This document shows positions 48,534 to 61,840 of a stretch of DNA of 64,000 nt, one piece after another. Numbering within the stretch: position 1 is the stretch's first letter; each line of letters starts with the position of its first letter. Made by a program: the position numbers and the translations under genes. The notes below the pieces were generated by a model. That model saw only the letters and a list, made by a program, of their open reading frames with translations. It did not search any database and had not been told where the DNA came from. Origin of the DNA: Macrostomum lignano (taxonomy: Eukaryota); the NCBI GenBank assembly GCA_002269645.1, contig NIVC01001200.1:273545-337544 (forward strand), given 5' to 3'.

Positions 48534-51500
48534 TCACTCGGCGTATTGGTTGTCGGCCAGGCCTCGAAGCTTGTTGAGCCGAAGCCCCTTGACGGCGTAG
48601 GTCATCTGGATGCCCAGCCCTTTGATGGACTTGTAGCCAACCGGCTCGAACTCGAAGTACTCTTTCAGGTATTCAACTGTGTCCACTAAGCACTGGATCA
48701 TGTCGGGTGCGCCGTTCGAGTACATTCTAGACGAGGTGTTGACGGTGTTGCCCCAGCAGTCGAAGGCGGGCTTATCGCGACCGATGGTTCCTATGGTTTG
48801 TCCGATGTGACAGGTATGTGCAAAGTGTAAGTAAAAATGATTGACATCTTTAGTTTTCGACGATGTGAAATTAGAAATCACACTCAGAGGCCGCACTCAG
48901 TCAGGAATTTGTCCTTTTTGGGTTAAACCATAAGACGATAATGTAAAACCTCAAGCTGCAGTCAATCTGCATGTTTCTTACCTGCGATGAGGTCGCCCAC
49001 ACAGAAGCCGATCTTGAAGCGGATACGAAACGGGTCGGACGGATCATAGGCCTCCTTGTCGGTAAGGCGAGCCCTCGTGTTGATCTGGTCTTCGATTTGC
49101 CTGAACGCTGGTACCTTTGAGTGGACCAGGTTAAGACAGTACAGCATTAGAGCGATGTGCGGAGCTTTCGGAGACTTCTGCTTGGTCACCGGGTTCATGG
49201 ATAGGCCTGAAACAGCGAGGTACGTGTCCCGGTAAGATTTAATCTTGTCGATGAACTGCATCCGGCCCAGCTCCTCGTCCATGGCGCACAGAATGCTGTT
49301 GAGAGCCACAATCTCCATGGCGGTCTGCCGGCCCACCTGTCGGCTGTCTGTGTTAGAGGCGGACTGGCTGGGATAATACTTGCGGAACCATTTAGCCAGC
49401 GTGTCGTCGCCTGCCCAGAGGCAGATGAAGGCCACCGAAGCCGGTGAGATGTTCTCGTGGTGCAGCGCAAAGTCACCCTTGAGCGCTTTCTCCATGATTA
49501 GCATGGATTTTTCGTCGGTGTTCGAAATGGCTATGAGCTTCGGCACAATGTTCAGCGGGTACAGGTCGAATATGACGCGGTTGATCTTCTGCTTGTCCTC
49601 GCTGGCCTTCACCATCTCCTTGTTGGACTGGTACGTGGCAAAAAACTCCGTGCGGATGGCTTTTTGGCTAAAATAAAGGTTTCATTTTATTAGACACAAG
49701 GGGCTGTTTGCACACTGGAGCATTTAAAGCGACATTGTCCCGCAACCGGCGAGTGGATCGAAATACTGCCCATTCCGCCGACTTCTACAGAGCAGGCACA
49801 CAAGCTCGCGGATACGGACGCATTCATACGCACAGGTACACACTCACACAGGGCTGTACAGCTGCGGCCCTAACTTCATTTATTGTTAGGCATGTACACT
49901 TCACTGTGCCTTGGGGGTTGGCCCTCAAAGGGCGTTAATGGCAGACCCAAGCCAAGATTCCAATTTTCCCCAAATTAATGTGACTGCACTTGAAATCGAG
50001 CCTGGGTCGCTGGCACATCAGAGCGCTGAGCTGCACCACTAGGCTACGACACACCCAAATTAAGGTTTCAGTTTAGGTCATAAAAGGAGTTTAACTACGG
50101 TTGCCTACACCACAAGCATGGATGCGCTGTCTTAAAGAAGCTCATTTAAGTTTACCACAGTTCCCAGTTCCCAGTTTAAGCAACTTCTTAACCCCAAGTC
50201 ATAAATGACAAACCGCAATTTCTGAATGGTAGGTAGATGGACGTCACTGAGCCCAATAGAAAGAAGGAACAAAAGTGATGTGGAGATTTTAGCAGAACAT
50301 CTCACCGGAATATTGTCAGCGGGATGCAGAACAGTAGAAAGGCCAGCGCAAACATCGAGTAGGTCAGATACTGCTCCGGCAGCATGTAGGCGTATTCCTT
50401 TCCGGTCCTCTTACGAAAGTTAAGCGAAATCGTGACGATAAAGTGCACGCTAAGCTTGAAAAACAGGTTAAGAATATTGGTAGTGAAGCTGGTGGTGTGC
50501 ATGAGCACATTGCTGAGCATGGCCGTGTCCATCAGGCGAACATAAACGTACACAAGAGTGTTGATCTCAGTTGCGTTGTAGAGCTGACTCTCGTAGTCAA
50601 AGTTATCTTTATTGACTGCCTCACTGTTGTCCACTGAGAAGAGAAAATATTAAGGAATATTAAAAAATACAAGGACAAAAAGTGCGAAAACACTACTGAG
50701 CCACCCGCGATTGTCACTCACCAATGGTGCCGAGCATTTTGAGATGACGGAGAGCGCACCGTCTGCCAATCAGCGAGAGTAGAAGAATCGGGTAGCTGAG
50801 CATGAGGAACTGGAAGCCCTGAAAGAACTTCTCATCGTAGAGCAGGTAGTACAGGCGCAGCAGGACGGACTCTCGAGTGTCCACCCGATTCAGACGGCAG
50901 TAGCGATGCGTGGCCCGCTGCTTGCGCTCGTTGTGCACGTTAAAATTGGCGTCTATCAGCAGCAGCGCCACCACAAAGGCGTCCACGATGAAGGTGCTGC
51001 CGATAAGCATCAGGATGTCGGAGTCAAAGTAGTCTAGGAAAGTGTAGAAGCAGGTGATGGTGAAGATGGCGTTGAAGACCAGGAGAACAGCGTGATCGTA
51101 AACTGGCGAGAAGATATAACTGAGCCGGGCCACTTCGAAACCCAGGTGGTTTGCAGGCAGAAAGTAGCGGATCCGGTACAAATACTCGAATGTTATCTCC
51201 CGGAAGTAGCCAAGATATCTGAGCAGTGTGTGGCATTGTTTTTACGTCTGCAATACATACTAGCTGATAGCAAGCACAGAAAATATAGAAGTTGAAGAAT
51301 TCATTTAAAGCTTACGTGAAATTTGGCTTCAGTAAATGTTTAAGCTCGTGCTTGTTGCTTTTAAGGCTCTCGATGAGGCCGGTCTCTTCCATGGCGTTCT
51401 TGCGGACCCGGCGTTCCGACTGGGCCTATAGGAAATTTTATTGGTTTACAGACTGCCTTTGCCTTGTTCAAAACAATTGTGTTGTTGACTACAAGTCACT

Positions 51501-54500
51501 CCTACGGCCATTGAGTTTACCTTCCTAGCTCGGTCTTCCTCGCTGTAGCCCTTGCGGCTGGCCACGCCTTCAACTCCGGTCAGCTCGAACGGCACTTTCT
51601 CTCTGTTAAACGCCTTCTTTGTCATCGGGCTGATGCTGCCGTCGCGGCGCTTCCACACAACGATGCAGCGCTGCATGCGGGAGCTGATCTGCGCCTGAAA
51701 AAAAGTTTTTTCACCCGTTTCGCTTTTTAAGGTTCTGGGTTGTCTAGGAAAGGCTTTAACAACGAGCTGACCTGTTTCAGAGCCTCTGGCGAGTAGGTTT
51801 CGATAAACTTCTCCTTCTCGCGGAGCGCGATGTCTCCAGCCGGATCGTCGTCACCGGCGCCGGGTTCGGAGCCGCGCCGCGGAATGCGACGGGCGCCAGA
51901 TCCGCCGCCCTTGGTGCCGCGCGACTCCGGGATCAGCTTCCTGCGGCGCCGCATCATGGTCATGCTCTTGGCCAGATCCTCTGGCGAGTAGTACTCAGGG
52001 TCCGAGCTGTCTTTGAAATCGTACGAACTCAACCTAGGCAATAGTAGGGTGGTTTTGTTACACATCTGTTCAAAACCAGCACAGTAATATAATTATTGCA
52101 CTGTTAGTAGCGCAACTCAATTTCGCAGTTGTTGTTGGCGAGCAGGTGATGGCACTTGAACGAGATTCGCACGTGACCCTTCTCGCCGCCGCTCTCCATC
52201 TCGTTTGCCATGAGCGAGTCGTCCGAGTAGATGTCGAATTTGTAGCGAGACGCTCCAAGGATGACGGCGTTGAGGCTGCCCCAGTGCACTCCGATCCGCA
52301 TGTCCACGCGCTGCTCATCCGGCAGGCCCATGCTGTCATTGAAGGCCTTCAAAATATCGAAAGATTGCCAACTCGTTTTGGGCTGCTTAAAATCATCTGT
52401 GCCGTCTGTGCTCTTGCAAAACCGTTTTGGTTGTGTCGCACCTTACCTGAATTTTTTCGCACATCTCCAGACCCATGGCCACTGAGCAGAGCACGTAGTA
52501 CACCTGACAGCAGAGATGTTTTGTCAATGTTTTGTCAATTTGTCGATGAGTCGTGTTTATTCCAAGTGAAATTTTATCGCTGACGATTTACAAATTGAAT
52601 GCTTTCGATCATTAATTCCGAATATACTTCGTTAACTTTGTCCTAAATTCTTGGCTCTAGAATTGGCGGGAGCGAGAACTCAACGCTAGTGCACTAATGA
52701 CCCACACCCAAAACGTTCTGTTACAGCGAAAGTTTTGTGACAAGGACAGAACCGGCTGAGAAAAATTGCTTCGAAGAAATCGAAAAACTTTTCGAGGATG
52801 CAAAATGGGATGACGAGACTTCAGCATCATAATTTAAGCTTCTGATCACGGTAGAGGCCCAGCTGGTCGTCTGTGACATTGACGAGCAACGCAGAAGAGC
52901 TTCACGAGCATAAAAAGGACCTGAGAGCAACTGAGGTTCAGTTCCAGATCACCAACCTGCCTGAGGTGCCTGTCTAGTCGTTCTAGTCGACTAGTCCAGA
53001 AAATTTGCTCTTGTCGACATTTTCATCCACTGTTTTACTTTGGGCTCCATTCCGGTGGTGATTCAGTTGGCATCCCTTTATCATTTTTTCATGCTAGACA
53101 AGTTGGCATAGAACGCTTTACACAGTATGACGAAACAAATACGCGGAAAGCTCACCTGGTTCCGCTGCGACTCTTTGCTCGCAAACGCCTGGACGGTGCT
53201 CAGCCGTTTCTTCTCCGTCATGGGCACGCCGGACACGCAATAGTAGCAATCGCCCAGGGTACCGATTTTCTCAATCTGCAACCGACTGGCCGAGATGTCA
53301 AAGGCGCCATAGATTCGATTGAGAATGTGCACCACCTCGGAGGCGCTGCGGCCCGCTGACATCATGGTGAAGTTGACGATATCGGCGAAGAGCATCGAGG
53401 CAAAGATGTACTCCTCGTGGTACGGCACGATTAAACCTGTGTTGTTTTTGCGCAACAGGCTCTGGTTGAACTTGAACTTCTCGTATGGCTCCACAACGAT
53501 CTTTGGCATCACTTTGCGGACCCATTCTTTGCTGAAATAAGAACACCAATGTGGAGATATATTAAGCCTGTAAATCTAAGTTACAAAGGCGTCTAATAAT
53601 TACCGAATAGAGCCTTCCTCTTCGTTCTTCTTGATGAGTGCAAAGTTCTCCACAAGGGTTCCAAAAGTGTTGTTGGTTCTGACGATGCTCACAATGCAGG
53701 CGTATAGTCCCACCATGTTGCACAGCAGCAGCTCTACCAGGTCCACGATCAGGCTGCTACTGTAGTGGAAAGCCTTCTGCGCATCCAGCGCACGGTGGAA
53801 TGCCGTGGAGTAGTACAGGAACAAGATGCTCGCTACTATTGAGAAGAGCAGCGCCATGCGGAATCGCAGGATTCGTGACAGGTAAATGGTTAGGATCAGC
53901 GACGACTTCATGATGCCCAGGTTCAGAAAGTTTAGCGACAAAACTGTGCAAGAAAAGCGTGTGGTGCGAAAGCTTACAATATTAGTCACTCTCGTGTCAA
54001 AGCACGATGCATTACCGCGCGCTTATTCGGTAACAAAAAGTCAACCAGTCTACTCAATTACTCTGTGGAAGGGGTTTTTTCATTAGCATTGGTGTTCCCT
54101 CATTGGAAACTATGACTAGAAACAAACCTATTAACATTATCAAGCCTATCAAGCCTAGAATCAACATTATTATATTGCTCAATTTTTTCCATTGCAATAC
54201 ATTCAGGCGTTGCTTCATGAGGTAAATTAGAAAATCAGATGGGACCTAATTCGGCACTCACGGATGACAATGAGCGCGTACAGGCTGATAAGCACGAACG
54301 CCATGCTTCCATGCACGGCGGACTTAGGCAAGCAGTCCGGCAGCGACATGACATTCATGATTGACGCGGACGCAATGAACATCATGATGAAAGGCGCCGT
54401 GTTCATAGTCTGGCCGGAGGCCTCATCAAACGTGGCAATTGAGACCAGCTGGAAGATTCCGAATGCAATGATGTAGTAATAGGCCAGGTCAATGTACGCG

Positions 54501-54760
54501 GTGGTCAGGACCTTGTCAAACTTGGTCAACTCCTGGCCAAGCGATTGGTAGACGAACTTGAACTCGAACAGGGAGTTGCTATCCTGCAGCTTGAACATGC
54601 GCCGCCAGGGCATGCACACCCGCTGTACAACCTCCACGCAGTCGGCTTCATCGCCATCTTCTTTCTGCTTTGAGAAGCGCCGAGTGATCTGCTCGAGCAG
54701 GCGTTGCTCCTCAGGCGACGCCGACGGCGCGAAACTTTTTTGCGATTGACCGCCGACCAT
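48534..54760 (-). CDS. Divergent transmembrane adenylyl cyclase (TM-C1-TM-C2), at least 11 exons, about 1264 aa
   Basis: Exons 54760(or 54806)-54262, 53943-53604, 53531-53156, about 52382-52117 (uncertain), 52033-51772, 51694-51521, 51425-51316, 51218-50722, 50633-50306, 49667-48982, 48790-48534. C1 metal-binding FADIV and LGDCYY; C2 KIKS, FDCWGNTVNTSSRM (adenine-selecting K/D and catalytic N/R); two hydrophobic clusters. Confidence 0.85.
49860..50050 (-). mobile_element. Possible tRNA-derived SINE in a cyclase intron
   Basis: Minus strand GTCGTAGCCTAGTGG...GACCCAGGCTCGATTTC has A-box and degenerate B-box spacing but no convincing cloverleaf. Confidence 0.4.
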
Positions 54761-56704
54761 CGGCAACGTTTGGTACTCGGTTTGCTCTCGCCTGGCTTTT
54801 GAGTCTCTAGAAATGTATTATTATGTAGATTATCAAAAAGCTACTCAAAATCTCGTCACTGTAAATACAAAGCTAAAGCTGCCATTTTTTTCATTTCGTC
54901 AAACCAATCATCAACTGTCTATGGTGAGTTCAGCTCAACTGACGCTTAAAACGAGTGCGTGGCGAACTTTGATTGAAAGCATTCGATCGAATAAATTAAA
55001 TGCGTGCATCTCGCCGAGAGCAGTGAATTAAGGTTAAATCAGAAACCATTAAAAACATTCAGAAACAGGCACGGCATGCGTTAAATTGAAAGTGGCACAT
55101 AGAGAGTAACAGTGATACAAAAGATAAATAGAATCTTGAAGGGGCTACTTGTCGAATGTCAAATAACGTTTATAGAAAGTGGTTTTCAATTTCCTTTCAG
55201 AGCAGCATCTTCGCTCCCGCCACAGCCTCGCTGCAGTCGCATGCAGGTTGCCAAACGACGCAGAAAAGTTGAAGGTCTTGAGACCAAATACCTGATACAC
55301 TTCATTGTCAAGCTGAGCTATTGTTACAATCTCAAATTTGCAACTCTCCGTTAAGCAAATTCTGAACGGCTTATAAATGACAGATAGCTTTTCAGATCAC
55401 GTGCATTCGCGTACAAAACGATGACATGAAAATAATCGCTAAAAAGTCGTTGCAAAAAACGTTCTAGTGACTCCAGCGACTCTTGTGACTTTTTAACAAC
55501 TCGAACGCATCTACTGCGATAGGTGGGGTGGGCGACTGTTGCGTCACAAGCGCGATACGGGAGTTATAGAATTGTAAGAGTCACAAAAGAGTCATCCAGG
55601 ATTCGTTATGTTCGCGCTTAACTTCGCTAAAGATGTGACTCTGACTCATCAAGCAATGTAAATGCGCCTCAAACACAACTCTTGACTCTTGCTACAGCGA
55701 CTCTACCACACGTACGACTCTAAGGTCTCAGACTCTACGACTCTATGGTCCCAAAGTTGTTATACCGTCGCATCAGAGTCACTTGCGTCGCCCCAAAGTC
55801 GTTTCAGAGAGTCGCAGATAATAAAAGGTTTCGACTCTTGGGCGACTCTTTGACGCCTTTGGCGACTTTTACCGCGACATCTCGCCTTTTTTGAGTCGTT
55901 TAGAGTCACTTCTTTCTTCTTTTACCTGTGTCATCTGTAACGACTCTGGGACGACTCTGTGGCGACCCAAGTGACTCTGGGACGCTTTTTGGCCTGGGTG
56001 GCGTTTTCATCGGGAGTTCCCAGCAAGTCGCAACCGACGGCAAAAATGCCTGCCTCGTAGCCTAGGCCAGACTGACTCCTGCTCTGCTCGCGGCAATTTC
56101 CATGCGGCAGGCAAAGAATCTACGAGCCAGTTTTTCATAGTGAATAAGAAGCAACAAAGCAAGGAATTGCGGGCATTACCCGTCAGAGTCAATTGATAAG
56201 ATTTTGGCTTTTCATTAATACACCTTTTCACGTCCAATTTTGATCAAAGCCCAGTTCTAAAAAAACTAGCGGAAATTCAATTCAGACTGAGGATAATTTT
56301 GTCTATGGCTAAACCTTACTTCGGTTAGAATGTTTTGAACTGGGGTTAGACTGGGCCCCAGTCTAAATTGTCTGAATTGAAGTCTGTCAGTACAGCAGTT
56401 GATTTGAAAAAAAACCAGGTATAAAAATAGACCCTTGTACAGCCTTTGTGCTTAATCTGTGAGGGCATAGCTGCACTGCAGCAGAGGAGAGAGAAGAGAG
56501 AAGAAAGGGCGGCGGGCAGCAGTGTACACTGCATAGCATACAAGCGTGTGACGGCTTTTCATTCTGCGTTGCCTATAGCAACCAATTGGGGGAAGGGCGG
56601 AAATTCAAATTACAGAGCTGCGATGGCAATTTTGATACAATCTATGCAGTTGCTAAACCTTGAGTCAGCTAAATTTTCTACGATATTCTTCAGGATTCGA
56701 TAAA

Positions 56705-59700
56705 ATGATGCAGGCCAGCTTCACTATTGGCGTGGTAAGTCGGCTTGGTTGCAGATTTGAGCCAGAGGCGCGGCCAGGTAGGGACAAGGGGCCACCGGTG
56801 CTAAAACCCCCAGTGCTAAAGCCCCCAGTGCTAAAGCCTCCAGTGCTAAAGCCCCCAGTGTTAAAGCCCCCCGTGCTAAAGCCCCCAGTGCTAAAGCCCC
56901 CAATGCTAAAGCCCCCCGTGTTAAAGCCTCCGGTGCAAAAGCCCCCGTGTTAAAGCCTCCAGTGCTAAAGCCTCCGGTGCTAAAGCCCCCAGTGCTAAAG
57001 CCCCCCGTGTTAAAGCCCCCAATGCTAAAGCCTCCGGTGCTAAAGCCCCCAGTGCTAAAGCCCCCAGTGCTAAAGCCCCCAGTGCTAAAGCCCCCAGTGC
57101 TAAAGCCTCCGGTGCTAAAGCCCCCGTGTTAAAGCCCCCAGTGCTAAAGCCCCCAGTGTTAAAGCCCCCCGTGCTAAAGCCCCCCGTGCTAAAGCCCCCC
57201 GTGTTAAAGCCTCCGGTGCTAAAGCCCCCAGTGCTAAAGCCCCAGGTACCAAAGCCCCAGGTACCAAAGCCCCAGGTACCAAAGCCCCAGGTACCAAAGC
57301 CCCAGGTACCAAAGCCCCAGGTACCAAAGCCCCAGGTACCAAAGCCCCAGGTACCAAAGCCCCAGGTACCAAAGCCCCAGGTACCAAAGCCCCAGGTACC
57401 AAAGCCCCAGGTACCAAAGCCCCAGGTACCAAAGCCCCAGGTACAAAAACCCCAGGTACCAAAGCCCCAGGTACCAAAGCCCCAGGTACCAAAGCTCCAG
57501 GTACCAAAGCCCCAGCTACCAAAGCCCCTGGTGCTAAAGTCCCTGGTACTAAAGCGGCACCATTAAATGAAGTGATCACCTTAAGAGGCCGCCTCCAAGT
57601 CAGAAATACAGGCTACCTAATGGTTTGAATTTCAATGCACCCCGCTTCCCTTCGAGTTCAAACCATTCTTTTCATTTTTTGTTACTCTTTGCATTTCAGC
57701 CGTCTGCCCCAAGTTCGAGACCGTTCCCGCAGCATCTGACGCCCCATCTAGCACAGATGGGAGTCCCGATGGAACAGGCTATGGGTGAGTGTGTGAAATC
57801 ATTGCTTAGATAAATACTACAAAGTCTGCATCCCGAAGTTCTCGTAGACGATTACCCTAGAAAATATCAGAATATATTTGCTTTACCACAAAACTTTATA
57901 AGCCCTTGTAGTTCTTCGTTCTGTAATCACACTTGTTACTTTCAGTAGCATGAAAATCAATTTGAAAATCGGCAATTAGCGCGCCCGACTCTGGCTTGAT
58001 TCTGGCTTGATTCTGGCTTGATTCTGGTTTGATTCTGGCTTGATTCTGGCTTGATTCTGGCTTGATTCTGGCTTGATTCTGGCTTGATTCTGGCTTGATT
58101 CTGGCTTGATTCTGGCTTGATTCTGGCTTGATTCTGGCTTGATTCTGGCTTGATTCTGGCTTGATTCTGGCTTGATTCTGGCTTGATTCTGGCTTGATTC
58201 TGGCTTGATTCTGGCTTGATTCTGGCTTGATTCTGGCTTGATTCTGGCTTGATTCTGGCTTGATTCTGGCTTGATTCTGGCTTGATTCTGGCTTGATTCT
58301 GGTTTGATTCTGGCTTGATTCTGGCTTGATTCTGGTTTGATTCTGGCTTGATTCTGGCTTGATTCTGGCTTGATTCTGGTTTGATTCTGGCTTGATTCTG
58401 GCTTGATTCTGGTTTGATTCTGGCTTGATTCTGGCTTGATTCTGGCTTGATTCTGGTTTGATTCTGGCTTGATTCTGGCTTGATTCTGGTTTGATTCTGG
58501 TTTGATTCTGGCTTGATTCTGGCTTGATTCTGGTTTGATTCTGGCTTGATTCTGGTTTGATTCTGGCTTGATTCTGGTTTGATTCTGGTTTGATTCTGGC
58601 TTGATTCTGGCTTGATTCTGGCTTGATTCTGGTTTGATTCTGGTTTGATTCTGGCTTGATTCTGGCTTGATTCTGGCTTGATTCTGGTTTGATTCTGGCT
58701 TGATTCTGGCTTGATTCTGGCTTGATTCTGGTTTGATTCTGGCTTGATTCTGGCTTGATTCTGGCTTGATTCTGGCTTGATTCTGGCTTGATTCTGGTTT
58801 GATTCTGGCTTGATTCTGGCTTGATTCTGGCTTGATTCTGGCTTGATTCTGGCTTGATTCTGGCTTGATTCTGGCTTGATTCTGGTTTGATTCTGGCTTG
58901 ATTCTGGCTTGATTCTGGCTTGATTCTGGCTTGATTCTGGCTTGATTCTGGTTTGATTCTGGCTTGATTCTGGCTTGATTCTGGCTTGATTCTGGTTTGA
59001 TTCTGGCTTGATTCTGGTTTGATTCTGGCTTGATTCTGGCTTGATTCTGGCTTGATTCTTGGATCTCGTGCAGTTCTCGCCCATTAGGCACCCCAAAGGC
59101 ACGGAGAGTGTGCGGCTTGATGATCCTGATGATAGAAATTAGGACCACCGTGTACTTGTGTGAGCATATCCCTGTGTACTCGCACGCATCCGTTGTGCTC
59201 AAGGGTCAGATGAATGGGCGTGACTCACTGCTCGCCTCCCCTGGCTACAGCTCAACTACAGTAGCTGAAATATGCTGATTTTGGCCGTAATGGGCGGTGC
59301 GCTCTCGCTTTGGGTAGCTAAGCCGTCAAAAAGACGCCCGATTTACCCGCGCACTACTGAAAACAACTTGCTCATCTCCTTTACTTCCAGGCTACTGGAA
59401 CACCTTCAACCACTTCGACTTGGACGGCTCCGGCACCATCAATGTGCAGGAGATGGTAACCGGCTTGCAGCTCATGGGACAGTGCCCCACGCCCAGCGAT
59501 GTGCAGAACATGATGATGCAGGCCGATCAGAGTGAGTCTGCCTACTGCGATGGGTCGTCAAGCTTTTCTTCGTGTCTTTTGCTTTCTTGCGCTTCTCGTC
59601 ATACCATTTAGACTAAGCCTGGATTTAAATTAGATTAATCATGATTAAAGCCTTGATTGAAATGCTTTCAGAGTAGCAATGATAATCGAGTATTACACGA

Positions 59701-60179
59701 TTAAATTAAGTCCTCAGCAGGTGTCACTGGGGTATTGTCAGTTTATTGCTTATTCGCCATTTCCCACAGACCACGACGGTCAGGTGGATTTCCTGGAGTA
59801 CGTAAGGGTGACTCACGCGCGAGTGCAGCCACCGCAGGCGGTGCAGAATGACCTCATGACGGCCTTCCGCGTGTTCGACAGGGACGGCAGCGGCTACCTG
59901 GACGCGAATGAGCTGCGAGCGGTGCTCTGCCAGCGCGGCATGAAGGAGAGCGACTTTGACCATGTGATGTCCCTGGTGGACCTGGACCGCGACGGCCGCA
60001 TCAACTACAACGAGTTCGCCGGGCTGATGACTCGGCCGCTGGAGACAATGATGAAGCAGCAGCACGGCAAGGGGCACAAAGATGGCAAGCATCACAAGGA
60101 CAAGAAGGACAAGAAGCACAAGAAGCACAAGAAGCACGGCAGCGGCAGCGGCAGCGGCAGCGGCAGCGACAGCGACTGA
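56705..60179 (+). CDS. Calmodulin-like 4-EF-hand protein with a His/Lys-rich C-terminal tail, 4 exons, 221 aa
   Basis: Exons 56705-56734, 57700-57784, 59391-59531, 59770-60179 (phases 0, 1, 1; 666 nt). EF loops DLDGSGTINVQE, DQNHDGQVDFLE, DRDGSGYLDANE, DLDRDGRINYNE. The first two exons are less certain. Confidence 0.85.
56797..57560. repeat. 15-bp minisatellite with two sub-arrays, in intron 1 of the calmodulin-like gene
   Basis: CTAAAGCCCCCAGTG up to about 57240, then CCAAAGCCCCAGGTA. Confidence 0.93.
57985..59058. repeat. 11-bp minisatellite in intron 2 of the calmodulin-like gene
   Basis: Unit GATTCTGGCTT (variant GATTCTGGTTT), nearly 100 copies. Confidence 0.96.
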
Positions 60180-61840
60180 AGCAGTTGCCGGTGTGAATAG
60201 TCAGAATAATGCTTAGCTTACTTATGCTTCTTTTGACTTGTTAAAAAAATCTGCTTATGAACGGGGGCAGCCAAAGCAGAAGAGCGCTGTGCTGTGGAGG
60301 CCGCAGGTTTTCGCTGTAGAATGCATTGTCGAGATCACGGGGTTTTGCAGGTTTTAGCACCAACTTTTTTCTTACCTTCTCGACTCCATAAGTTGACTCT
60401 TTTAATAACTGATCTATTCAATGCGTAATTAAACAAAACATATCACTAAAGACTTGAATGAAACGCATGGAAAACTCCATCCAGGAAAAGTGATTTTCTG
60501 CGTCGAAAACTCCAGCAAAGTTCGCACGGTGCAGCGTCCTTTCGAGCGCATGTGCCCACTTGCCCGAGCGTCTGAATTATGAAAATCTTTGCAATATTTT
60601 GATCCTGTACTTGTACCACTGCAGCCGATTAACTTGCTGGTTGTTTATAATTTTCTTATATCAAGGTAGGTCTGCTCGATGCATACTTTATGAGATTAGC
60701 GCAAACACAGAAGCTGAAGGTCAAATTCGTGACATGGAAGTAAATGTTTCCCATGCAGTAAGACGTGCATAATGATACGATTTTAGCTACCTGGAACGAA
60801 AAATCTCTTTAAGCCATTTCGATGAAAGTTATTTATGCAGGAAAATTCTTGTTTTTGTTTAACTTTATTACAATTTTTAGTTTTTGTCTCTACAAAATAC
60901 AGCCTGTCTCGTTCCTAAAATATACCTTTCTGTTACCAATCTTAGATGCTTTGCCTTTTTCCACTTTATTCTTAGCAAATATTCAAACTATGCGGATGTT
61001 CCATTTGCAGATGTCTACAACTCCCTTGCTCACCAGCACAAACATTTTGTGGCCAATAGTTAAAATTTCAAGAAACTGCTTGAAACAATTTAGCAGAAGA
61101 TCCGCTAAATGCAGTAGCTCCGGCCAAATTTAAAGTCTCTGGCAGCACCAAAGCCGAACATTTCTGCGTACAAAACGGCAAGAACACTGCCCTTCTGTCG
61201 GCGTGCTTCATGCGCTTTTAGCGAACAACTACAAAGCCAGTCTGTGCATGGACTGCATTTGGTTTAATTGCTAACAGCAATATTTACACACCCTTGAAAG
61301 TGTACAATTTAATTAATTTTTCGCTAAATTAACGCTCGTTTGCATTGCCTCATAAAAAGTTTATTGTAAAGATGCAAGCGAATCACTGATGAGCTTTACG
61401 ATGAGGTTTCAAGGTTTGCTTAATTCAACTCTCTAAAAATGGGGTACAGTCTGCGCCGCAGGTATGTACGCAGGTCTAGAGGGAGGGCTGCAGAAGCGGA
61501 TAAGTACGTGCGTGTCTTTTCACAGTGCAGGGCACGTCGAATCGAATTCTTAGTCACTTTTGTTTACTCGCGAACGAACAGACCGACCAGGCCAACACGC
61601 GCTCGTCTCGCTGAGATTCACCGGACGCCTACTTGTTCAGGATAAAGCGACCAAATTCTGGGCTTCGCTCAGTGCACGAATAAACAATTCTGGACGAATC
61701 TGCATAGCAGGTCAACTAATGCTTCAGCATTATTAACACTTCCTTCAAGCAAATTTACGACAGCTAATACCAGCTTAAAATTTAGCTAATATTATATTGA
61801 AATTCGAAAAAGAGGCTCTGCAATTTGAATCTGCAATCGA

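Noticed and set aside
57957-59202. 381- and 408-aa QNQARIKPES ORFs
   Set aside because: 11-bp array, antisense within intron 2 of the calmodulin-like gene.
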